Origin: Gammaproteobacteria bacterium
GTDB lineage: Bacteria > Pseudomonadota > Gammaproteobacteria > Steroidobacterales > Foliamicaceae
NCBI GenBank assembly: GCA_026707445.1
Contig: JAPOWV010000021.1
Span: forward strand, 22,039-86,038
DNA: 64,000 bases
Direction of reading: 5' to 3'
Numbering within the stretch: position 1 is the stretch's first letter; each line of letters starts with the position of its first letter. The translations under genes and the position numbers were made by a program. This document shows positions 1 to 9,292 of this stretch, in pieces. Under the pieces are notes generated by a model that was not told the DNA's origin, did not search any database, and worked only from the letters and a program-made list of their open reading frames with translations.

Positions 1-32
1 CCTGAATGCTCAGCGGCAGGATGCCCACGCCT

Positions 33-905
33 TCAGGGAGATGCGTCGGATGAATTCGCGTGCCGTGTCGTGCGCCGGCGGACGAACCGCTGCGCAATGT
101 CCGGCTCCGTCTTGAGTTCCCGGACCGTGATGTCCTTGAATTGCACTGCCATGGCCATGTCCCGGTGTATCTGCAATGCAAAAGCGCCCTCCAGCGAGCG
201 GCTGGCCTCGTCGTTGTCGATTGCCTCCAGCGTCACCATGCCATTGAGCGCGTGGATGAGGCGGTTGCCGTATGCGATCACGATGTGTTCGTTCCACTCG
301 GGATAATGTCTTGCCGCGGCCATGATTTCGGCCTTTGAGTTCACTGTGCCGGTGACCCGTCGCTCGAAGGTTTCCCCTGACGGGTTCGCGGCGGCGAAGA
401 TTTCGACCGTTTCCCCGTACAGCGCAAGCAGTTCACGCGCCTCGTCCTCCCACAGCATGGCAAAGGTCCGGTCTGCGTGCGTGGTCACGATGTTTGCCTG
501 GTAGCCGCGAACGACAAACGGTTTTCCTTCTATCCCGCGGCCCCGGTATTGCAGGCCGGAATTGCCGATTTCGGTAAGAAAGCGGTACTTGAGCCGGGCT
601 TCGAAATTGGCAAACGTCCCTTCCCGAATGAGGTAGGTGTTTTCCTCAAGCGGGGTGTCCGTGCGGCCGGTAATCGCGCCGTCGATCACGGACCAGTACC
701 GGCTGTCGCCCGACCAGCCGTCTAGGGACTTGCCGTCGAACAGAGAGATTTCTCCCGGGGCTGCAGGTTCCTTCCGAGCCGATTCCGACTGGCCCGCCGC
801 CGGCCAGGCCACGAGGATTGCCGCTAATAGCGCGCCTGGATAAATCGCGATGGCGGCCAGCCCCAGCAGGTCGACGGGGCGGGCACGCCGGCGGTCGTCG
901 CGCAC
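33..905 (-). CDS. DUF1080 / 3-keto-disaccharide hydrolase family protein, probably exported
   Basis: Motifs SLFDGKSLDGW, W.VIDGAITG, GNSGLQYR, GYQANI, WNEHIVIAYGNRLIHALNG, LQIH..MAVQFKDI; hydrophobic N-terminus. Start set at GTG 905, just below the upstream stop (ORF track begins at 932). Confidence 0.85.
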   Translation of the reverse strand: MRDDRRRARPVDLLGLAAIAIYPGALLAAILVAWPAAGQSESARKEPAAPGEISLFDGKSLDGWSGDSRYWSVIDGAITGRTDTPLEENTYLIREGTFANFEARLKYRFLTEIGNSGLQYRGRGIEGKPFVVRGYQANIVTTHADRTFAMLWEDEARELLALYGETVEIFAAANPSGETFERRVTGTVNSKAEIMAAARHYPEWNEHIVIAYGNRLIHALNGMVTLEAIDNDEASRSLEGAFALQIHRDMAMAVQFKDITVRELKTEPDIAQRFVRRRTTRHANSSDASP

Positions 906-907
906 GG

Positions 908-2149
908 CTATTCGCCGATGACTTCCCGCCACGCCGAGTCGAAGCTGATGGCGAGCACGGCCCTGGTATCGCCGATGTTCGTTGCGTTGTGATAGACGCC
1001 CTTGGGAATGCTGACCGTGTCCCCGGCCTTCATCTCCACCGTGACGTCGTCCATCGTGTGCAGGATATGGCCCTCGACCACATGCAGCACTTCATCGCAA
1101 TTGGGATGGTAGTGCCTGGGGTTGGATTTGCCGACGTCGACGATAGCGATTCCGGTAGTGAGTACATCCGTATTGCCCATGGGTCCCGTGACGTGCCAGT
1201 CGATGCGGCCCCAATCGAGATGCATCACGGAGTATTCCTCTGCCGTCATCACTCGGGACACCGAAAACGGGTTTTCTCCATACCGTGGATTGAGCAATTT
1301 GGCCGCAAGCACCGGGTCGGCCTGCGTGGACACACCGGTTTCCGGGATCTCGATGCGGCTGGCCCAGGCGATGGCGTTCAGCAGCAGCGTGCGAACCCCC
1401 GGTACATCAAAAGCGGACAGTTCGTTGCCGCCCGTAAAGGCAAACGAGCGTCCGCCATCGACCCGCTCGAAGGCCCATGCGGCCACTCCCTGCCGCGGCT
1501 CCGACGCCGCGGCGTTTCCCGCGCCTGAAAGGGGCATGATCTGCCCGGTCACGACCGGCCGTACGTGGCCGGATTCATGGTCGAAGTCCAGGGGTGAATA
1601 GGCTTCGTCCACGTACGCGATTTCCCCGACCCCGCGGCCCGCGGGATGGTCGTTTTCCGCCGTGCTTACGGAGAAAAACGCCTTTGACAGCTCGCCGTCG
1701 GGAGGCAGGGTGCCGCCGAACCAGCTCTTGAGCGAAGGACGCAGCGCGTCGTCATCGGTGAAAGCCGCGTGATGGACGGCCACCAGCGACCCGCCATCGG
1801 ACACGAAGCGGCCCACAGCGGAGCGGACAGCAGCGTCCTGAAGTGGATTTTCCTGCCGGCCGTCGAAATACATCACCAGCGTTGTCGCCCCGTCCAGCGA
1901 CGTTTCCTCGGTCCACCCGAACGGAAAGGCCTCGATATCGGGTTCCGACCCCTCTTCGGACACGGCGGATTCCATGAGCATGGTTTCCAGGGCGCGCACG
2001 CCGGAGAAAAATTCATGTACGCCTTGCCCCTGGCTGGTTCTTGCTCCAACGATCACGATCCTCGTTTGCGCTTCTTCGGCAAATCCGGGAGCGGTGGGGA
2101 CCAGCAACAACAGCGAGAGCGCGAAGATGAACTGCTTGATGAATGACAT
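908..2149 (-). CDS. Exported ThuA-like (GATase-like) domain fused to a C-terminal cupin domain
   Basis: Signal peptide MSFIKQFIFALSLLLLVPTAPGFA; ThuA-like GGSLVAVHHA, HPAGRGV, DEAY, AWAFERVDGGRSFAFTGG, LLNAIAWA; cupin HYHPNCDEVLHVVEG...IPKGVYH; AAGGA upstream of ATG 2149. Confidence 0.75.
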   Translation of the reverse strand: MSFIKQFIFALSLLLLVPTAPGFAEEAQTRIVIVGARTSQGQGVHEFFSGVRALETMLMESAVSEEGSEPDIEAFPFGWTEETSLDGATTLVMYFDGRQENPLQDAAVRSAVGRFVSDGGSLVAVHHAAFTDDDALRPSLKSWFGGTLPPDGELSKAFFSVSTAENDHPAGRGVGEIAYVDEAYSPLDFDHESGHVRPVVTGQIMPLSGAGNAAASEPRQGVAAWAFERVDGGRSFAFTGGNELSAFDVPGVRTLLLNAIAWASRIEIPETGVSTQADPVLAAKLLNPRYGENPFSVSRVMTAEEYSVMHLDWGRIDWHVTGPMGNTDVLTTGIAIVDVGKSNPRHYHPNCDEVLHVVEGHILHTMDDVTVEMKAGDTVSIPKGVYHNATNIGDTRAVLAISFDSAWREVIGE

Positions 2150-2181
2150 AGTCGTTTCCTTTGTTTTGTAGGATTGGGAAA

Positions 2182-3015
2182 TCAATCGGCTAAAGGGAGA
2201 TTCTTGAACGCTTCGACCTGGCCGGAGATGGCCCGCTCGGTCGGCAGCCTTTCAATGCTGGAAGCGCCGAAGAACCCATTGATTCCGGGGAGCATTCGCA
2301 GGGCGGCGCCGACGGCGTCAGGCTCGTCCAGCGGTCCCCCGTGAGCGATCACGATGACGTCTTCGCGCGCGCTTCGGCCGGCTTCCGCGATTTCCATCAC
2401 TTTGCGGACGGAATCTTCCAGCGTACTCGCCACAGTGGCGCCGATGCTTCCCGCCGTCGTGAGCCCGAGATGGGCGACCAGTTGGTCTGCGCCCGCTTCG
2501 GTCATCGACCGGGCTTCATCGGCATTGAAAACGTACGGCGAAGTGAACAGGTCCAGGTCATGGGCCTGCGAGATCATTTCCACTTCCTTGTCATAGCCCA
2601 TTCCGGTGCCTTCCAGGTTGGCCCGGAAGTTGCCGTCTATCAGCCCCACCGTGGGGAAGTTCTGAACGCCGGAAAACCCCATGTCCTTGAGCTGGCGCAG
2701 GAACAGCGGCATGTTCCTGAACGGGTCCGTGCCGCAGACGCCGGCCAGCACGGGCGTGTCCCGCACCACGGTAAGCACTTCGGCAGCCATTTCGACCACG
2801 ATGGCGTTGGCGTCCCCATACGGCATCAGGCCCGCCAGCGAACCCCGGCCGGCCATGCGGTAGCGCCCGGAGTTGTAGATGATGATCAGATCGGCGCCGC
2901 CGGCCTCCGCAAACTTTGCCGAGATTCCCGTTCCGGCGCCGCAGCCGACAATCGGCCTGCCGGCGCTGATCTGCCCTTGCAGCCTTGCGACAATTTCTTT
3001 TCGCGCAATCGACAT
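2182..3015 (-). CDS. PEP-hydrolase-like 'TIM-barrel signal transduction' protein (Tm-1 C-terminal-like, PF09370 type)
   Basis: Family signature [70 protein letters not shown]; GGAGG RBS. Confidence 0.9.
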   Translation of the reverse strand: MSIARKEIVARLQGQISAGRPIVGCGAGTGISAKFAEAGGADLIIIYNSGRYRMAGRGSLAGLMPYGDANAIVVEMAAEVLTVVRDTPVLAGVCGTDPFRNMPLFLRQLKDMGFSGVQNFPTVGLIDGNFRANLEGTGMGYDKEVEMISQAHDLDLFTSPYVFNADEARSMTEAGADQLVAHLGLTTAGSIGATVASTLEDSVRKVMEIAEAGRSAREDVIVIAHGGPLDEPDAVGAALRMLPGINGFFGASSIERLPTERAISGQVEAFKNLPLAD

Positions 3016-3038
3016 ATGCAATCCTCCTTCGCCGCCGC

Positions 3039-4748
3039 CTACAGAAACAGGTCGACGATTTCCGCATCCGGATTGTTACGGACCCCGCTGACATCGTCGA
3101 AAATCATGGTGGGTCTGGTAGCGGCGCCGTACTGTGGCCAATCTGGCAATCCCGGAGCATTCGGGTCGCCCCCCGCAGCGAACTGCGACCAGTAACGGGT
3201 CATCAACTCGGACAGTGAGCGTGGCCGCTCGCCGCCGCCGGTCTGTTCCGCAACCATCTCCGTGTTGGCGAACACGAAGGCGATATCGCTGGTGTGGTAG
3301 GCGCGCGGGCGCCCGTCGAACAGGTCGGTGCGCCAGTCGAACAGGTAGTTGAATACCCTGCGGTTCCGTGCGGCGCTGGCGCGGTTGCAGTACTCGACGG
3401 CGGACAGCCGGAACCTGCGGGTCAAAAGCACCGACAGCACATCGACCGGTCGCCATTCGGCATCGGTCTTTCGCGCCGCCTCGATGGCGGCATCCGTCCG
3501 GCCGTGCAGTTCCGGTTCCAGCTCTTCCTTCAGTCCCGACCAGGACAACTCCTCAAGATGCGGATTGTTTCCGCTGGGCGAGATTTCGTTGCGCGTGCTG
3601 CCGCAGATGAGCGGAATGTCGGCGGAGTTGGACATGGCCGCGGTCGAGCCGGGCTGGTAAGGAAGAAACGGCGTCTCCGCGGTGGGCTGGTACCGCCAGG
3701 ATCGTCCCGCCCAGCGGGACGTCTCGATACCTTGCACCCTGACCGCGTCGCTTGCCGCCTTCGCGGCCCGCAGGAATTCTGCGACCGGCAATTCCCGAAG
3801 CCTGCGCACCGATCCCGCGCTCGGTGGCAGATCGAGGACACGCCGAATTTCCCGGGTGAGCCTGGATGCGGTCTCCTGGTCGTGCACCTCAAGGCGTGCG
3901 CCGCTCTGAATGACCGCCCGGTGAAACAATCCGGACGCCTCGGGCATGGCAAGCAGGACGCTGATCTTGTAACCGCCTCCGGACTGGCCGAAGAGGGTGA
4001 TGTTGTCGGCGTCACCGCCAAAACTCTCGATGTTGGCGCGCAGCCATTTCAGCGCGTCAACCAGGTCCAGGACTCCGGCGGCCGGCGACTCGGAGAACGA
4101 TTCACCCATATCGGTATAGAAATCCGTGTATCCCAGCGCGTCGATGCGGTGATTGAGGCTCACCACCACCACGTTCCTGCGCCTGGCGAGGTTTTCCCCG
4201 TCGCAACTCAGGAATTCCTGGCTGCTGCCTCTGCGAAAGCCCCCGGGGTGCAGCCACACCATCACGTTTTTTTTGGTTTCGCAGGCGACCGGGGCCCAGA
4301 TGTTCAGGCGCAAGCAGTCTTCCATCGCATCGCTCGGCTGACCGTTCGGCGCGAGAAACCGGAACACGTCGTGGGCGCGGTCGCGGCTTTCCTCCGGGAT
4401 CACGGGGCATACCGGGCCGTAGTTCAACGCCCTGCGGACCCCGGTCCAGGGGGTCACGGCAGGCGCTCGGGCGAAACGGAAAGCGCCCACCGGCGGGTCC
4501 GCATAGGGCACGCCCTTGTAGATGGCCACGCCGCCGCGCTCGTATCCCTGGAGCTTTCCGGCGGTCGTCTCGACCGCGGCGGAATTGGTGAGGAGCTGCC
4601 CGCCGGCGCAATTCGGTGGATCGACGGCGGTGTCGGCGCCACCTGGAGCGGCCGTCGCGGCCAGCGGCGCCGCGGCGACGGCCGCGACGACTTCCCGGCG
4701 ACTGAAACCTGCGCCTGTGCTTTTCTGATGAGCCTGCTTGGGGGGCAT
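3039..4748 (-). CDS. Type-B carboxylesterase/lipase with Tat signal
   Basis: FSRREVVAA twin-Arg leader; [16 protein letters not shown], nucleophile elbow [18 protein letters not shown]. Confidence 0.9.
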   Translation of the reverse strand: MPPKQAHQKSTGAGFSRREVVAAVAAAPLAATAAPGGADTAVDPPNCAGGQLLTNSAAVETTAGKLQGYERGGVAIYKGVPYADPPVGAFRFARAPAVTPWTGVRRALNYGPVCPVIPEESRDRAHDVFRFLAPNGQPSDAMEDCLRLNIWAPVACETKKNVMVWLHPGGFRRGSSQEFLSCDGENLARRRNVVVVSLNHRIDALGYTDFYTDMGESFSESPAAGVLDLVDALKWLRANIESFGGDADNITLFGQSGGGYKISVLLAMPEASGLFHRAVIQSGARLEVHDQETASRLTREIRRVLDLPPSAGSVRRLRELPVAEFLRAAKAASDAVRVQGIETSRWAGRSWRYQPTAETPFLPYQPGSTAAMSNSADIPLICGSTRNEISPSGNNPHLEELSWSGLKEELEPELHGRTDAAIEAARKTDAEWRPVDVLSVLLTRRFRLSAVEYCNRASAARNRRVFNYLFDWRTDLFDGRPRAYHTSDIAFVFANTEMVAEQTGGGERPRSLSELMTRYWSQFAAGGDPNAPGLPDWPQYGAATRPTMIFDDVSGVRNNPDAEIVDLFL

Positions 4749-4760
4749 CGCGATGGGGGG

Positions 4761-6197
4761 TCAATAGGGAACGCGCATCGGCGCGTCCGGGCGCTTTTCG
4801 AGAGGATCGAAGAGGCGGACATTGCGTCCCAGGCGGTCGTAATCGCCCATGTCCGCGCGAACGGACTCGACGAAACCGAGCAGGTTGGCCACGATGTCCG
4901 GATGCTCCCGGGACAGGTCGTAGCGTTCGCCGAAGTCGCTCCTGAGATCAAAAAGCATGGGACTTTCGATCGCCGCCGCGTCTTCGGGGTCTACATGATC
5001 CGACGGCGTCAGCGGCGCCACCCAATCGGGGTCCCGGGGGCGCGGAAGATGGAGCTTCCACCTGCCCCGCCGCACGGCCTGGAGATGGGTCCAAAGGAAG
5101 TAGGCAAAGTCATTGCGCGGGCTGCGCTCGGAATCACCGTTGATGAATCCGCTGCTGTCCAGCCCGTCAATGACCCGGTCCGAGGGAATCGCCGCGTTCG
5201 CCAACGCGGCGAAAGTGGGGAAGAAATCCTGCAGCCCCATGATCTCGGGACTGGTTCGACCGGGTGCGATCCTGCCGGGGGCCCAGATTACGCAGGGTAC
5301 GCGGAACCCTCCTTCCCAGGCGGACGCCTTGCCGCTGCGGAATGGGCCCGCCGAACCGCCGTCTTCGCGCTTGACGATCCAGGGGCCATTGTCGCTGGTA
5401 AACACGACGTAGGTGTTGTTCGCCAGGCCAAGCCGCGCGACCTCGTCGACGATCCGGCCGACATGGAAATCCAGTTCCTCGATGGTGTCGCCGTAGAGTC
5501 CGCGGGGCGATCCTCCGCGAAATTCTGCGGATGCATCCAGCGCGACATGGGGCATGTTGGGGCAGAAGTACACGAAGAACGGCTTGTCCGCGCTACTCCT
5601 GATGAATTCGATGGTTTCGTCGGCATAACGCTTCGGCAGCGCCGCCTGATCGGGCGCCTTTTCGATCATCCGTCCGTCGCGCAGCAGGACGATATCCTCG
5701 GGCCAGTCGTTGCTCGCGGGCGTGCCGAAGTGAACGTCGAATCCCTGCGACGGCGGCAGAAGTTCGGTTTTCCAGCGGTTGTTCGAGTGGCCGCCCAGCC
5801 CCCATTTGCCGATCATTGCGCTGGTATACCCGGCCGGCCGCAGGACCTCGGCAAGCGTGATCTCACGGTCGTGAAGCACCGTGTGGCGGCTCTTCGTATT
5901 GCCGGGTTCGGCCACGCGTATCGGGTAGCAGCCGGTCATCATCGCCGCGCGCGCGGGGCCGCAGAACGGCTCCGCATACATGCAGGTCAGCTTCAGCCCC
6001 TCGGCGGCGAGTGCGTCTATGCGGGGCGTTCGGATGTTCGGCGAGCCGAACGTGCCGACATCGCCGTAACCCAGGTCGTCGGCGAGTATGAGGACGATAT
6101 TCGGCGGCGGTCCGGACCATGCGCGAGGCGCCGCCAGGGCCGGAAGCGCAGCGCCGATTCCTGCCTTCAGCATTGTGCGCCGGGTAATCATGGGCAA
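4761..6197 (-). CDS. Formylglycine-dependent (S1) sulfatase with Tat signal
   Basis: PNIVLILADDLGYGD, CGPARAAMMTG (CxPxR), GKWGLG, FTSDNG, GKASAWEGGFRVP; ITRRTMLK leader. Start TTG 6197 or ATG 6191. Confidence 0.93.
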   Translation of the reverse strand: MPMITRRTMLKAGIGAALPALAAPRAWSGPPPNIVLILADDLGYGDVGTFGSPNIRTPRIDALAAEGLKLTCMYAEPFCGPARAAMMTGCYPIRVAEPGNTKSRHTVLHDREITLAEVLRPAGYTSAMIGKWGLGGHSNNRWKTELLPPSQGFDVHFGTPASNDWPEDIVLLRDGRMIEKAPDQAALPKRYADETIEFIRSSADKPFFVYFCPNMPHVALDASAEFRGGSPRGLYGDTIEELDFHVGRIVDEVARLGLANNTYVVFTSDNGPWIVKREDGGSAGPFRSGKASAWEGGFRVPCVIWAPGRIAPGRTSPEIMGLQDFFPTFAALANAAIPSDRVIDGLDSSGFINGDSERSPRNDFAYFLWTHLQAVRRGRWKLHLPRPRDPDWVAPLTPSDHVDPEDAAAIESPMLFDLRSDFGERYDLSREHPDIVANLLGFVESVRADMGDYDRLGRNVRLFDPLEKRPDAPMRVPY

Positions 6198-6277
6198 CCG
6201 CGGGTCCTCGAACCGATCAGCACAATTGCGCTAAACCTGCACTACTCTAATAAGTTTGGGAGGCGCCGACAAGCGCG
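6136..6277. repeat. Direct repeat copy 1 (upstream region + RBS + Tat signal-coding segment)
   Basis: Ungapped alignment with 8975-9116 at offset 2839; I count about 11 mismatches in 142 bp. Confidence 0.95.
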
Positions 6278-9036
6278 GACGACTGGATGCGCAATTCCAG
6301 GGCATCGCCGGCCGACAATCGAATGGGCATGTCGAAGCGCACCAGGCAATCCTGGCCATTGCTGCTTACCGTTGCATGGCCCATTGATGTGACTACGCTA
6401 GCGGCAGTCTCATTGGAACGTGTGCGCAGCGCCATGGTTCGCAGCTTGAGCGCGCCGTGGTTGACAGTCAGCTGCACGGCCAGCGCGGCTCCAGCGCGCC
6501 GTTGTTCGAAGCTGCCCCAACCCTCGGGCGCCGTGAACGCCGCCTTGAAATTGCCGTCCTGCGCAAGGCGGGGCTTGAAGCCGATATGCTGCCGGGGGCC
6601 GTCAATCTCGTATCCGCACAAGGCCAGGAATATCCCGTACGCCGACATGGCGCGGGAGTAGTGGTCCGAGCACTCGATCTCGTTGTAGGGATTTCTTGCC
6701 TTTGGCCGATAGCGATCGTGCACGGCCCGCGTTATCGCCAGACCCTTCTCCAGAAGGTCCGGCTGCGCGTCGCTCTCCCAGATCATGTGCCCTGCGAGCT
6801 GGTATTCGAGGCCCTGAAAGCAGGTATTGAAATAAGCGAACTGCCAGTTGTCCTTCCACGTCTCAGGCGGGCCGCCATTGGGCCAGGTGCATGTGAGCAC
6901 GCCCGCATCGCCCACCAGCGCATAGGGGTTGCCGCGGTGACGCGGGTCTTTGATCGAGGCCTGGTAGCGGCCCACGTCCGGGCAGAAGTTATGGTCCCAG
7001 ATGCGGGCCAGGGCCCGGCGAATCATGCCGCCGTCGAAAAGGCGGCCCAGTCGCAACTGAAACGCCCACCACTGGCCGATCACCTGGTCGATATGGCAGC
7101 CATCGCCGAGCCCGATCTCGCCGGGTAGTGAAGGATCTTCCTCCTGGACGAAATAGCCGAATTCGGTGCGAAAAAGAGCGGCGATGCCTCTGCGTCCCTG
7201 ATCGGCGATGGCACGGCACCTGCGGGCGAAATCATCGTCGCCCACGGTTTCGGCCATGCGCTCGCCGGCCGCCAGCGCCGCAACGTACAGCGACGCGAAG
7301 GCCGGCACCTTTCCGTACCAGCTCGCATCCAACGTGTTGGACTGTTGGCCGCCCGGGATTCCGTCCACACGTCCGTCGCGGGCGTCCGTAGCGATCAGGA
7401 ATTCGATCGCTTTTCGCGTCTTCGGCCAGACGCGGTTCAGGAAACCGTCGTCCGCGCTCATCTGGTGCTCGCGCAAGGTGCGCAGGACCACACCGGCTTG
7501 TCCGTCAATGGCGATCGAATCTTCGAATTCGGCGCGCGAACGGACCCCGCCGTCGGCGCGGAAAGCGATGCCGTAATCGGTGCGTTCCCTCAAATCACGC
7601 TCTAGTGAAGGGAACAGCCGGGCGACCGCCTGCGCATAGTGCCAGACATGCGTGCAGGTGCCGGGGCAGCATCCCACGCCCTCCCAGCCCCAGAACCGGC
7701 CGTCCTCGAATCGGATCGAGGTGTTGGTCTGCAACGCGTTGACCGAGTTGAAGCAACGTTCCAGAAGCCAGTGGGGCAGGGTGCTGTCGTACCAGGTATC
7801 CCGCCAGCGCACGGTAGCCTGGCGGAGTTGGAGTTTTTCCTCGGCCAGGCTCCGGGCGGCGTCCGCCGCATTGCCGAAACGGTTCACATACCAGCGCCTG
7901 GCCCTGGCCTGCGGGAAGGCGCGCTGATTGCTGTCCCAGGTCCTGGCCTGAAGACGGAGGTTGGGAAAGTACCAGGCGACGACGAAATCGCAGTCGTGGG
8001 AGTCGCCCGTGGCGAGGTCAAAGCGGCTGGACAGGCCCGCTATTGCCGGAGACCACGGGTGCGACTGATAGGGTTCGGAACCGGAGCGTTGCATGGCGTC
8101 GCGCTGTAGGAACGCATGCGTGGCCGCGCGTGCCTGAGGATCGCTGCAGGCAAGCGCAAAGGACCCGAAGTCCGGGAGGTCCTCGATCGGGGGCTGGTAT
8201 TCCTCGGGGAGTTGGTTGTCCCTCACTGCCTGGCCCAACACGCCGATGCCGTGTTCCAGGCGGAAGACACGGTTTTCCAGCGGAGCGTCATTTCGATGGG
8301 CGTTGTAACGGAGCGCCGGGTTCTCGAACCATCCTTCGATCCGGCCCTCGAGATTTTCGGAGCCGGTATTGCGGATGCGATAGCGAAGCAGGACCGCCGG
8401 CCACGAGGAGTGATCGGCCTCCAGCGGAACAAAGGGCGTCATGGCCTCGAGATCGACCTGGATGCCGGCCTGGCCGGATCGGTAGCGAACATGCGCCGTT
8501 GGGGCGGTACCGGTGAAGGCGATATCGCTGAAACCAGTATGGTCCAGCGGAAATCTTGCCTCCGAGCCGTTCCGGCGGATAACCAGCGCGAATCCCTGTT
8601 CAAATCGCCAGGGGCTGTCTGCCTGTGTCGGAGGTTCGAGGAAATTGGCCCCGTCTCTCTCCCTTAGCCGGCCGCCGCGCAGATTCGTATGCTTGCCCGG
8701 CTTCAGGGTGGAGGGCACCACGCCTTCATGGGCCTGATTGAAAATATCCCAGCACCATAGCTTCCCGTCGCCTCCCAGGTACACCGTGCCGGCGCCGATT
8801 CCGCCGATCGGCATGCCGACGTACCGCTGTTCGTCCCAGGTCCGATAGACTCGCGCCGTTCCCCGTTCGGAAAGGCGGTCAAGCCATTCCCGGCTGAGTT
8901 TCTTGTCCAGCGGCACACTTCGCAGCTCCGCGGGGAAGGGACCTGCGAGTACCGCGGCGGGCCGCGTCGGTGAAAGGGCCGGCAGCGCAGCGCCGATTCC
9001 TGCCTTCAGCATGGTGCGCCGGGTAATCATGGGCAA
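6247..9036 (-). CDS. GH116 family glycoside hydrolase with Tat signal
   Basis: GMPIGGIGAGTVYLGGDG, FWGWEGVGCCPGTCTHVWHYAQ, NTLDASW, NPYNEIECSDHYSRAMS; leader identical to the sulfatase for about 21 aa. Confidence 0.88.
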   Translation of the reverse strand: MPMITRRTMLKAGIGAALPALSPTRPAAVLAGPFPAELRSVPLDKKLSREWLDRLSERGTARVYRTWDEQRYVGMPIGGIGAGTVYLGGDGKLWCWDIFNQAHEGVVPSTLKPGKHTNLRGGRLRERDGANFLEPPTQADSPWRFEQGFALVIRRNGSEARFPLDHTGFSDIAFTGTAPTAHVRYRSGQAGIQVDLEAMTPFVPLEADHSSWPAVLLRYRIRNTGSENLEGRIEGWFENPALRYNAHRNDAPLENRVFRLEHGIGVLGQAVRDNQLPEEYQPPIEDLPDFGSFALACSDPQARAATHAFLQRDAMQRSGSEPYQSHPWSPAIAGLSSRFDLATGDSHDCDFVVAWYFPNLRLQARTWDSNQRAFPQARARRWYVNRFGNAADAARSLAEEKLQLRQATVRWRDTWYDSTLPHWLLERCFNSVNALQTNTSIRFEDGRFWGWEGVGCCPGTCTHVWHYAQAVARLFPSLERDLRERTDYGIAFRADGGVRSRAEFEDSIAIDGQAGVVLRTLREHQMSADDGFLNRVWPKTRKAIEFLIATDARDGRVDGIPGGQQSNTLDASWYGKVPAFASLYVAALAAGERMAETVGDDDFARRCRAIADQGRRGIAALFRTEFGYFVQEEDPSLPGEIGLGDGCHIDQVIGQWWAFQLRLGRLFDGGMIRRALARIWDHNFCPDVGRYQASIKDPRHRGNPYALVGDAGVLTCTWPNGGPPETWKDNWQFAYFNTCFQGLEYQLAGHMIWESDAQPDLLEKGLAITRAVHDRYRPKARNPYNEIECSDHYSRAMSAYGIFLALCGYEIDGPRQHIGFKPRLAQDGNFKAAFTAPEGWGSFEQRRAGAALAVQLTVNHGALKLRTMALRTRSNETAASVVTSMGHATVSSNGQDCLVRFDMPIRLSAGDALELRIQSSALVGASQTY

Positions 9037-9116
9037 CCGCGGGTCCTCGAACCAATCAGCAAAATTGCGCTAAACTTACTTTACTCTAATAAGTTTGGAA
9101 GGCGCGGGCAAGCGCG
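8975..9116. repeat. Direct repeat copy 2 (upstream region + RBS + Tat signal-coding segment)
   Basis: Matches 6136-6277. Confidence 0.95.
9072..9096. promoter_or_regulatory. Palindromic operator candidate AAACTTA-N11-TAAGTTT
   Basis: Perfect 7-bp inverted arms upstream of GH116; same geometry at 37554-37578; degenerate copy at 6233-6257. Confidence 0.55.
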
Positions 9117-9292
9117 ACCGTCCGGACGCGTAATGCCAGCGCGTCTCCGGTCGAAAAATGGAAGGCGGCGGCTCTTCACGGGCATTTCTATAGAATGGCC
9201 CGCACCGGCATCGACCGGGGAACCGGGCCTGCCGTTTCTTTGCCGAGCGCCCGACGGCACCATCGCTACGCAGGATATTCCGGAGATCACTC

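Noticed and set aside
3294-6392. 1032-aa plus-strand ORF
   Set aside because: Antisense shadow of the esterase and sulfatase; no recognisable motifs; expected with high-GC codon bias
6136-9116. Direct repeats as IS/prophage att sites or CRISPR repeats
   Set aside because: Only two long copies that encode a signal peptide; no transposase, integrase, cas genes or spacers
9186-9195. Perfect 10-bp palindrome TTCTATAGAA in the GH116/GH29 intergenic region
   Set aside because: Single short occurrence with no second copy seen; cannot be distinguished from chance
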